Part shown: positions 57,274 through 64,000 of the stretch, in pieces
Position numbering within the stretch: position 1 is the first letter of the stretch
How the letters are laid out: every line of letters starts with the position of its first letter
Assembly (NCBI GenBank): GCA_050290185.1
Contig: JBNKHE010000003.1
Span: 96,001-160,000, forward strand
Length of the DNA: 64,000 bases
Direction: 5' to 3'
Source of the DNA: Pontiella sp.
GTDB lineage: Bacteria; Verrucomicrobiota; Kiritimatiellia; Kiritimatiellales; Pontiellaceae
Notes under the pieces: model-generated
Seen by the model: only the letters and a program-made list of their open reading frames with translations
Told to the model about the DNA's origin: nothing
The model's database searches: none
Translations under genes and position numbers: made by a program

Positions 57274-58506
57274 ATGATGAAGTTGCCCTTTTCCCTGTTT
57301 TTGGCATTTAAGTATCTGAAGCCCAAACGATCTTTTATTTCGGCGGTTACCGTTATTTCGATGCTAGGCGTCACCATTGGCGTGGCCGTACTGATTGTCG
57401 TGCTGTCCGTTATGACCGGTTTCGACGAGGTGTGGCGCGACAAGATTCTCGGATTTAACGCGCATATAAGCATCGTTCAACAGGGCGGTATTGTTACGAA
57501 ACCTGCAGGAATTCTGCAAAAGGCATCGGAAATAGAGGGGGTTAAAGGGGTTGCTCCCAGTCTGGAAGGGCTGGTTTTGATTCAGACCGACGACCGGGTT
57601 CATACCCCGATATTGCGGGGGGTGGATCCTGCCTATGAATCTTCCGTAAGCCGCGTTCCGGATAGTATGGTTGCCGGCGAGTTTGCGGTGGATGATGACC
57701 AGATTGTGGTCGGCAGCGATTTAGCCAATCGGTTGAACATCTGGGTGGGCGACAAGCTCACCGTCTATTCACCGCAGAGTTTCGTGGCGGAAGACGAAAT
57801 ACGCCTTCCGCTGGAGTTGACCGTATCCGGCATCTTCCATGTCGGCATGTACGAGTACGATGTAGGCTTCGCATTTACATCGCTGGACACCGCACGTACC
57901 CTTTACGATGTGGATCAGGGCGTACATTCTGTGCAGGTTATGCTGGACAACCCGATGATGGCTGCGCCGATCGCGAATCAATTGCGGGAGACGCTGGGAC
58001 CAAGCTTCTATCCGCGCACATGGATGGAGATGAACAGCCAAATATTCGCGGCATTGCATGTTGAAAAAAACATGATGTTTTTCCTGCTGGCGTTCGTTGC
58101 CTTGGTTGCGGCATTCAGCATTACCAATACCTTGATTACGCTTACGGTCCAGAAGACCCGTGAAATCGGCTTGCTCAAGTCACTTGGTTTTGGAAACGGC
58201 GGCATTACGGGCGTCTTTTTCTGGATGGGGCTGGTGCAAGGTGTGGTGGGGAATGTGCTCGGTGTCGGTCTGGCGATGCTGGTACTTAAATACCGCAACG
58301 AACTGCTGCTGTTCATGTCGAGCGAGTTCAATCTGGAGTTGCTGCCGCCGGAACTCTACCAGCTCAGCAAGCTGCCCGCCCATACGGCCGGATCGGATGT
58401 TGCAATTGTGTGTGGCCTGGTGATGTTCTTTTGCACGATCGCCGGCTTTGTTCCTGCCCTGCGCGCGGCGCGCATGGAGCCGGTTGATGCGTTGAGGTAT
58501 GAATGA
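57274..58506 (+). CDS. LolC/LolE-family lipoprotein-release permease
   Basis: YLKPKR, SVMTGF, EKNMMF, KTREIGLLKSLG, PALRAARMEPVDALRYE. Confidence 0.92.
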   Translation: MMKLPFSLFLAFKYLKPKRSFISAVTVISMLGVTIGVAVLIVVLSVMTGFDEVWRDKILGFNAHISIVQQGGIVTKPAGILQKASEIEGVKGVAPSLEGLVLIQTDDRVHTPILRGVDPAYESSVSRVPDSMVAGEFAVDDDQIVVGSDLANRLNIWVGDKLTVYSPQSFVAEDEIRLPLELTVSGIFHVGMYEYDVGFAFTSLDTARTLYDVDQGVHSVQVMLDNPMMAAPIANQLRETLGPSFYPRTWMEMNSQIFAALHVEKNMMFFLLAFVALVAAFSITNTLITLTVQKTREIGLLKSLGFGNGGITGVFFWMGLVQGVVGNVLGVGLAMLVLKYRNELLLFMSSEFNLELLPPELYQLSKLPAHTAGSDVAIVCGLVMFFCTIAGFVPALRAARMEPVDALRYE

Positions 58507-59795
58507 AAAAGTTGCTGTTCATCACCATATTGCTGGCGACTTTTTCCGCCCGGGCATCCTTCGACTGGGATCCCTTCTATGACAGCGTGACGGGCGCGAA
58601 TGGTGCATCCTATGAGGCATGGCGGCCATTCTATTCGACGTCGGTTGACGGCGAGCGGTGGTGCAAGGATTACTTGTGGCCGCTTTACACCCGGAAAGGC
58701 TTCAAGGATGAGCAATACGGCCGCCTTCTTTTTTTTGGATGGTCGCACGATTTTTCTCCAGAAACGGCTCGTCACCGCACGTGGTTGCTGCCCATCTATT
58801 TTCAGGGAACCTCCCGGGACGGAGAAAACTATTTTGCGATTTTTCCAATTGGTGGAACCATTGATGAGTTCCTCGGCCGCGACAAGTTGTGGTTTGCGTT
58901 GTTCCCGCTGTTTGCCCGTTCGAGCATCAACGATGTCCAAACCACGAGTGTCTTGTGGCCGATTGGGTCCAGGACTTCCGGCGAGCAGATCGAACGGTTC
59001 CGGATATGGCCTCTCTACGGTACGAGCGTACTGGCGGGAGAATTCGAAAAGCGGTTTGTTTTGTGGCCCATCTACTCGTCGGTGAAATACACCAATGAGC
59101 GCAATCCGGGCGGGGGATTCATGCTGGTTCCTTTCTATGGGCGCATTGTGACGGAGAAGGCCGTAAACCAGTGGTTCATTCCTCCACTGTTCCGGTATGC
59201 CCATGGCGATGGACAGCGGATTGTATATGCTCCTTGGCCCTTTATCCAGTGGGCGGATGGCGAGGTGTACAAGCGGTATGTGTGGCCGCTTTACGGCGAG
59301 AAGCAGGTTGGCAACCTGAGACGGCGGTTTCTATGTTGGCCCCTGGCCTGGGACACCAGGGTTGAATATGCCAATCACGAAAAAAACCGTCGCCGTTTGC
59401 TCCCTTTTTTCCACTATGAATCAAAAATTATGACCAAGCCAACCGGTCAATTCGAGGCAGGGGATGTGTCCTCAAGATACTGGAAACTATGGCCCTTGAT
59501 GAGTTGGGAACGGAATGGCGACGTCTCCCGTTTTCGGTTGCTGGAGCCCTGGCCGTTGCGCGATACGGCCGGGATTGAACGAAACTGGGCGCCGATTTGG
59601 ACGCTTTACCGCCGGGAGAAAAGTGCGCATGGTGTCAGCCACCATCTGTTGTGGGGGGTGTACCGGCAAACGAGAGGGGATGAGTGCTTGGAATGGTCCT
59701 TGCTGAAAGGCTTGGCAGGATATAAAAGAATTGGAGAGGAACAGGGTTTCCGCCTGTTTTTTTTTCGGTTCGGTAACAAGGAGACGGTGCAATAA
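58503..59795 (+). CDS. Secreted Trp/Pro-repeat hypothetical protein
   Basis: Signal peptide ending ARA; about 20 LWPLY-type repeats. Confidence 0.8.
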   Translation: MKKLLFITILLATFSARASFDWDPFYDSVTGANGASYEAWRPFYSTSVDGERWCKDYLWPLYTRKGFKDEQYGRLLFFGWSHDFSPETARHRTWLLPIYFQGTSRDGENYFAIFPIGGTIDEFLGRDKLWFALFPLFARSSINDVQTTSVLWPIGSRTSGEQIERFRIWPLYGTSVLAGEFEKRFVLWPIYSSVKYTNERNPGGGFMLVPFYGRIVTEKAVNQWFIPPLFRYAHGDGQRIVYAPWPFIQWADGEVYKRYVWPLYGEKQVGNLRRRFLCWPLAWDTRVEYANHEKNRRRLLPFFHYESKIMTKPTGQFEAGDVSSRYWKLWPLMSWERNGDVSRFRLLEPWPLRDTAGIERNWAPIWTLYRREKSAHGVSHHLLWGVYRQTRGDECLEWSLLKGLAGYKRIGEEQGFRLFFFRFGNKETVQ

Positions 59796-59815
59796 GCAAT
59801 TTTGTCATAGATTAC

Positions 59816-60604
59816 ATGCGGCATCCTGTGCGTTCGGCTGAGCGAGTTGGAGGCAAGGTGTTGCAATTATTCCACGACACCGGCCACGCCATGTACATGT
59901 TGATGGAGGCCGTCTTGTTCATACGTTTTGCATTCGGAAGACGCAGTCGCTATGAGACCGCGACACAGATGTATGTTACCGGGATCAAAAGTCTGGCGGT
60001 TATAACCGTCGTGGCCCTTTTTACCGGCATGATTCTCGCACTTCAGACCGGCTTGGAGCTTCGCCGCTACGGGCAGGAAGTTTATATAGGTTCGGCGGTC
60101 GCCGTTTCCGTGATTCGCGAAATGGGCCCCTTCATGACCGGACTCATCATTGCGGCCAGCGTCGGCTCGGCGATTGCCGCCCAGATTGGAACGATGACCG
60201 TATCCGAGGAGGTTGCGGCGCTGGAAGTGATGAGTATAAATCCGAATCGTTTTCTGGTCATGCCTCGTTTGGTGGCGCTGGCCATCATGATGCCCATTCT
60301 CACGGTCTATACCAATATTCTCGCGATTTTTGGTGGTGCGCTGGTCGGCTCCACGCAATTGGGCGTATCGGTGCGGGCCTACATGGACAACGCCACCCAG
60401 TTCGCGGAAAATAAGGATCTCTATGTGGGGCTCTTTAAGGCTTTTCTGTTCGGTATCATTATCGCCACGGTAGCTTGCCATGAGGGTTTCATGACCACCG
60501 AAGGTGCTGTGGGTGTTGGTAGGGCGACTCGTCGTTCTGTCATTATTTCGTTCCTTGTTATTCTGGTAGTTGGCTACATGGTTACGAGGTTGTTCTACTT
60601 ATGA
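59816..60604 (+). CDS. mlaE: MlaE-family ABC permease (alternative start GTG 59858)
   Basis: IREMGPFMTG, AQIGTMTVSEEVAALE, GAVGVGRAT. Confidence 0.92.
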   Translation: MRHPVRSAERVGGKVLQLFHDTGHAMYMLMEAVLFIRFAFGRRSRYETATQMYVTGIKSLAVITVVALFTGMILALQTGLELRRYGQEVYIGSAVAVSVIREMGPFMTGLIIAASVGSAIAAQIGTMTVSEEVAALEVMSINPNRFLVMPRLVALAIMMPILTVYTNILAIFGGALVGSTQLGVSVRAYMDNATQFAENKDLYVGLFKAFLFGIIIATVACHEGFMTTEGAVGVGRATRRSVIISFLVILVVGYMVTRLFYL

Positions 60605-61365
60605 TCCGCTTTGAAAAAATCACCAAGGTGCTGGGCCGTAGGTCCGTGCTCGATAACATCGATTTTGAGATCGAGGAAGGGGAAACCTTTGTCATTGTGG
60701 GGCTGTCGGGGGCGGGAAAGAGCGTGACGCTTAAGCACATGATCCGGTTGATGCGCCCCGATTCCGGTAATATATTTATCGACGGGGAGAACATTGTTGA
60801 TATAGACCGAACTGCTCTTCGGCGCGTACGTGAAAAATTCGGAGTGCTGTTTCAGGGAGCCGCCCTGCTTCAGTGGATGACCGTCCGCGATAATGTTGCT
60901 CTGCCGCTGCGCGAACATACAACGCTGGATGAGAAGGAAATTCTCAGCCAGGTGGATGAAAAATTGGAGATGTTGAATCTCCGGGATGCTGGCAGCAAGT
61001 TTCCCTCCGATATTTCGGGGGGCATGCAAAAACGCGTGGGTTTGGCGCGAGCGATCATCATGAATCCGAAAATCGTTCTTTATGATGAGCCGACGTCCGG
61101 ACTTGATCCCGTCACATCGCGCCGTATCGATGACTTGATCATCGATATGCGCGATCGGCTCGGTATCACGAGCGTAGTGGTGACGCATGATTTGCATAGC
61201 GCCTTGACGATTGGCTCGCGTATCATGATGCTTCATGAAGGTCGCATCGTAGAGAATGCACCGCCGGCGGATTTCATTCGCTCCAAAGATAAAACCGTGA
61301 GGAGTTTTCTTGAGTCGCAATACATTACAAAAAAAGGCAAATGGGAAGAGTTGATCCATGGATAA
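60601..61365 (+). CDS. mlaF: MlaF-family ABC ATPase
   Basis: GLSGAGKS, LFQGAAL, ISGGMQKRVGLARA, YDEPTSGLDP. Confidence 0.93.
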   Translation: MIRFEKITKVLGRRSVLDNIDFEIEEGETFVIVGLSGAGKSVTLKHMIRLMRPDSGNIFIDGENIVDIDRTALRRVREKFGVLFQGAALLQWMTVRDNVALPLREHTTLDEKEILSQVDEKLEMLNLRDAGSKFPSDISGGMQKRVGLARAIIMNPKIVLYDEPTSGLDPVTSRRIDDLIIDMRDRLGITSVVVTHDLHSALTIGSRIMMLHEGRIVENAPPADFIRSKDKTVRSFLESQYITKKGKWEELIHG

Positions 61366-62287
61366 ATACAGACGCGAAATCTCCATTGAAATCCTGGTTG
61401 GCCTGTTCATGTTCACTGTGCTGATCTCCCTGGGCGTTTTTACAATCGTACTCAGCCGTGATAGCTTCTGGAAGAAGTCCTATCCATATGAATTTGTGTT
61501 CAGCGAGGTCAGTGGACTGCGCGAGGGCGACAACGTCTATTTGCGTGGTATGAATATCGGACGCGTGAAACAGACCACGCTAGAGGACAGCCAGGTCCAT
61601 GTATATGTCACGCTGGATGTTCCCATTGAATTACGAAGAGGCTACAGCATCGAAGTTGTCAATGCATCGATGCTGGGCGGGAAATACCTTAAAATCTTTG
61701 AAGGACCTGAATCGGCGGACGTGCTGGGGGATCATGTGACTATTCTGGGTTCTCCCCCGGTGGATGTCATCGAGGAACTCAGTGCCGCGGTCAAGGGGAT
61801 CCAGTCGCTTATTGATTCGGTGAATCAAGGGCAGGGCACCTTGGGCAAGCTTTTGAACGACGATACCATTTATGACAACCTCGTTTCGGTCAGCGAGAAC
61901 CTGAAGCGATTGGGCGACCGGATTGAAAAAGGGGAGGGAACCGTCGGCAAGCTCTTTAAAGAGGATGACGTATATAACGATGTACAGACGATGATGTCCA
62001 ACTTTCGGGAAATCAGTGACCGCCTCGTTTCAGGGGAAGGTACGCTGGGTAAGCTGGTGTCCAGCGATTCGGGTATCTACAACGATGTTGGTGCGACCAT
62101 GCAATCGATCCGGAGCATCGCTGAAAAAGTTAATGACGGCGAGGGTACGCTGGGGAAACTGGTGCGCGACGACAAGCTCTATGATGAAACCGCATTGCTG
62201 GTTGAGGATATGCGGGCCGCTATAGACGATCTTCGGGAAGCATCACCTATCACTTCGTTCAGCAGCGTTGTTTTTGGCGCCTTTTGA
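61358..62287 (+). CDS. mlaD: MCE-domain protein (MlaD-like) with helical repeats
   Basis: TM, GLREGDNVYLRGMNIGRV, LGGKYL; four GxGTxGKL repeats. Confidence 0.88.
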   Translation: MDKYRREISIEILVGLFMFTVLISLGVFTIVLSRDSFWKKSYPYEFVFSEVSGLREGDNVYLRGMNIGRVKQTTLEDSQVHVYVTLDVPIELRRGYSIEVVNASMLGGKYLKIFEGPESADVLGDHVTILGSPPVDVIEELSAAVKGIQSLIDSVNQGQGTLGKLLNDDTIYDNLVSVSENLKRLGDRIEKGEGTVGKLFKEDDVYNDVQTMMSNFREISDRLVSGEGTLGKLVSSDSGIYNDVGATMQSIRSIAEKVNDGEGTLGKLVRDDKLYDETALLVEDMRAAIDDLREASPITSFSSVVFGAF

Positions 62288-62388
62288 TACTCTTTTCAAC
62301 ACAATGGTGTTTCCTGTGTCCAAACCATAGATGCGGGATTATTTTAATGGTTTAGCGTTTGTATTGTTGAGTAAGTGATGAATAACAA

Positions 62389-62416
62389 TTGACACTTATG
62401 GTATAGTGTTTTAAAT
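62389..62416 (+). promoter_or_regulatory. Putative sigma70 promoter in the AT-rich gap
   Basis: TTGACA-N16-TTAAAT overlapping an imperfect ACACT...AGTGT palindrome. Confidence 0.3.
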
Positions 62417-62693
62417 GTGTGTGTTTCCTGTTGGATTATTAGAGGAGCCTATTTTACAAGGTGAATGCGTAGAGCTCAGATATTGAATAAGCTACGGTTC
62501 AAGTATATCGGCGATGTGGAGCGTATTCCCTATAGATTTCATTGAGCGGGCAAGTTCAGTGGGGCAAGAGTGTCTGCTTGAAGATTGATAGCTAGTGTGG
62601 ATGTAGGTAATACTTGATTATGGTCGAGGTTTATTACTTGTTTAAGTTAAGTCCTCTGGCTGGGAAAGAGATCGTTAAAACAAGGGTGATGAT

Positions 62694-63854
62694 TTGAAAA
62701 ATAGAAATCCATTTGCAAAGAAGGGCAAGGTGAACAAGGGTGCGCCCAGCGGTTTGGTGATCAGTTTGGCTTTGCACGCGCTGGCATTCTTTGTCGCAGG
62801 TTTGTTCGTGGTCTTCAAGGTCATGAATCCACCCGAACCCGAATTTGAGGCTCCGCCCCCGATCGAGCGTCCGAAAATGAAGCTCAAGAAACCCAAGGTA
62901 AAGGTTAAGAAGAGCTCCCAGCCCAAACCCTCGTCGCGCATTGTGGCAAAGGTCAAGTCGCGCGAAATGCCCGAGATCCAGTTGCCGGACCTGATGGGTA
63001 CCGGAGAAGGACTCCTCGGCGGTACCGGGGTTGGTGGAGAGTTTATGGATCTACCTGAAATCGGACAAATGAGCCTCTTTGGCGGTGGCGTATCCAGTGG
63101 AAACGATTTTGAAGTAAGGTTCTACTGCATGAAGCGGAATAGAGATGGTTCTGAGAATGCGAGGATGTCTCATTCGAACTATTTTAGTATTTTAAGGAAA
63201 TTTGTGAAGGACGGATGGAATACTTCCCTGCTTTCTAGGTATTACCAATCACCCAAGAAACTCTACGCAACGACCATATTTATTCCAATTGTGACCTCCT
63301 GCATGGGACCCGTTGCCTTTGGCGAAAGTCATGAAAATGCGGCATGCTGGGTGGCGCACTACCACGGAAAAATCGTCCACAAAGAAGGGATTACCTTTCG
63401 GTTTTGGGGTATAAGCGATGATGTGCTTACCGTAGCTATTGATGGCAAGGTGGTTCTGGCGGCCAACTTCCCTTGGGATGGCGTAGATGGCTATACGATT
63501 GCTCAGGAATGGTGGGGGAATGAGGCTCCTGGAAGTCGGGGCATGCTTTTTGGAGATGGAAAACTTAAAATGGCCGACAGTGCGTGTGTTGGAAGTCCTT
63601 GGATCACCTTAGAGCCGGGAGAGGCTCATGACTTTGATGCGATAGCAGGGGAAGGGCCCGGCGGGGAGTTTTATGCCATGTTGATGGTGGAGGTTCAGGG
63701 AGAAGACTATGAAATGAATGAATATGGTCAGCCAATGTACCCCGTCTTTGCATTGGAGCCACTTTCCTGGGAACTGCAGGATTCCATCCTGATGAATTTA
63801 TATAAAGATGAAGCCAACGTGACCAACGTTACAACCTTTTTCAACGATCTCTAA
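62694..63854 (+). CDS. Membrane-anchored hypothetical protein (TonB-like anchor, Pro/Lys linker, PA14-like beta domain)
   Basis: SLALH TM; PPPIERPKMKLKKPK; FRFWGISDDVLTVAIDGKVVL resembles the PA14 core. Confidence 0.65.
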   Translation: MKNRNPFAKKGKVNKGAPSGLVISLALHALAFFVAGLFVVFKVMNPPEPEFEAPPPIERPKMKLKKPKVKVKKSSQPKPSSRIVAKVKSREMPEIQLPDLMGTGEGLLGGTGVGGEFMDLPEIGQMSLFGGGVSSGNDFEVRFYCMKRNRDGSENARMSHSNYFSILRKFVKDGWNTSLLSRYYQSPKKLYATTIFIPIVTSCMGPVAFGESHENAACWVAHYHGKIVHKEGITFRFWGISDDVLTVAIDGKVVLAANFPWDGVDGYTIAQEWWGNEAPGSRGMLFGDGKLKMADSACVGSPWITLEPGEAHDFDAIAGEGPGGEFYAMLMVEVQGEDYEMNEYGQPMYPVFALEPLSWELQDSILMNLYKDEANVTNVTTFFNDL

Positions 63855-63918
63855 TGTCCATACTGTGCATTCAGTGTGAAAATTACTTATTTTAAGGCTA
63901 TGTTAAAGGAATGATCGA

Positions 63919-64000
63919 ATGAACAAGATATACGAATCGGTGTTTGTGTTATTGTTAGTTGCTTACTGTTCCCATGCAGAAATGCGTGCCTGGACGAGCA
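63919..64000 (+). CDS. Partial secreted protein, possible SHD1-like start
   Basis: MNKIYESVFVLLLVAYCSHAEMRAWTS...: signal peptide then RxWTS; runs off the edge. Confidence 0.5.
   Translation, partial: MNKIYESVFVLLLVAYCSHAEMRAWTS

Noticed and set aside
1..64000. CRISPR array, integrase/transposase, prophage, rRNA or defence system
   Set aside because: No regularly spaced repeats or recognisable motifs found by eye; nearly all space is explained by other genes.

Overview
A gene-dense bacterial chromosomal window, mostly core genes. The gene complement (RNase HIII, exosortase/EpsI, DUF1800/DUF1501, SHD1-like protein, LpxA/FabZ) suggests a diderm PVC-superphylum organism, probably Kiritimatiellae/Verrucomicrobia-like (inference). 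Housekeeping genes: ilvD, tRNA-Gly(GCC), gatCAB, polA, tpiA-secG, fabZ-lpxA, degP, nadB, prfA, rpmE, rnhC, nadD-rsfS-cysS-tmk-holB, aroQ. I see no integrase, transposase, prophage, rRNA or CRISPR array. The interesting content is envelope biology. (1) 44.7-50.5 kb: three unknown secreted proteins (one SLH-like) precede an OM beta-barrel, a Wzc kinase and a short OPX, with no glycosyltransferases; an exosortase-EpsI pair without a local substrate lies 40 kb away. (2) 57.3-62.3 kb: a LolC/E permease is coupled to a Trp/Pro-repeat secreted protein and MlaEFD, with no LolD/MlaC/MlaA. (3) 35.3-39.9 kb: a coupled TPR-ExbB-ExbD-TonB-like-Zn-finger operon. Also present: a secreted M3 peptidase/Opp/AmpG-like cluster with an ABC pseudogene, an unannotated sORF with an SD-sequestering leader and terminator beside a duplicated tRNA 3' end, and several dispersed intergenic motifs. 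All calls are from visual motif recognition; no searches were run.
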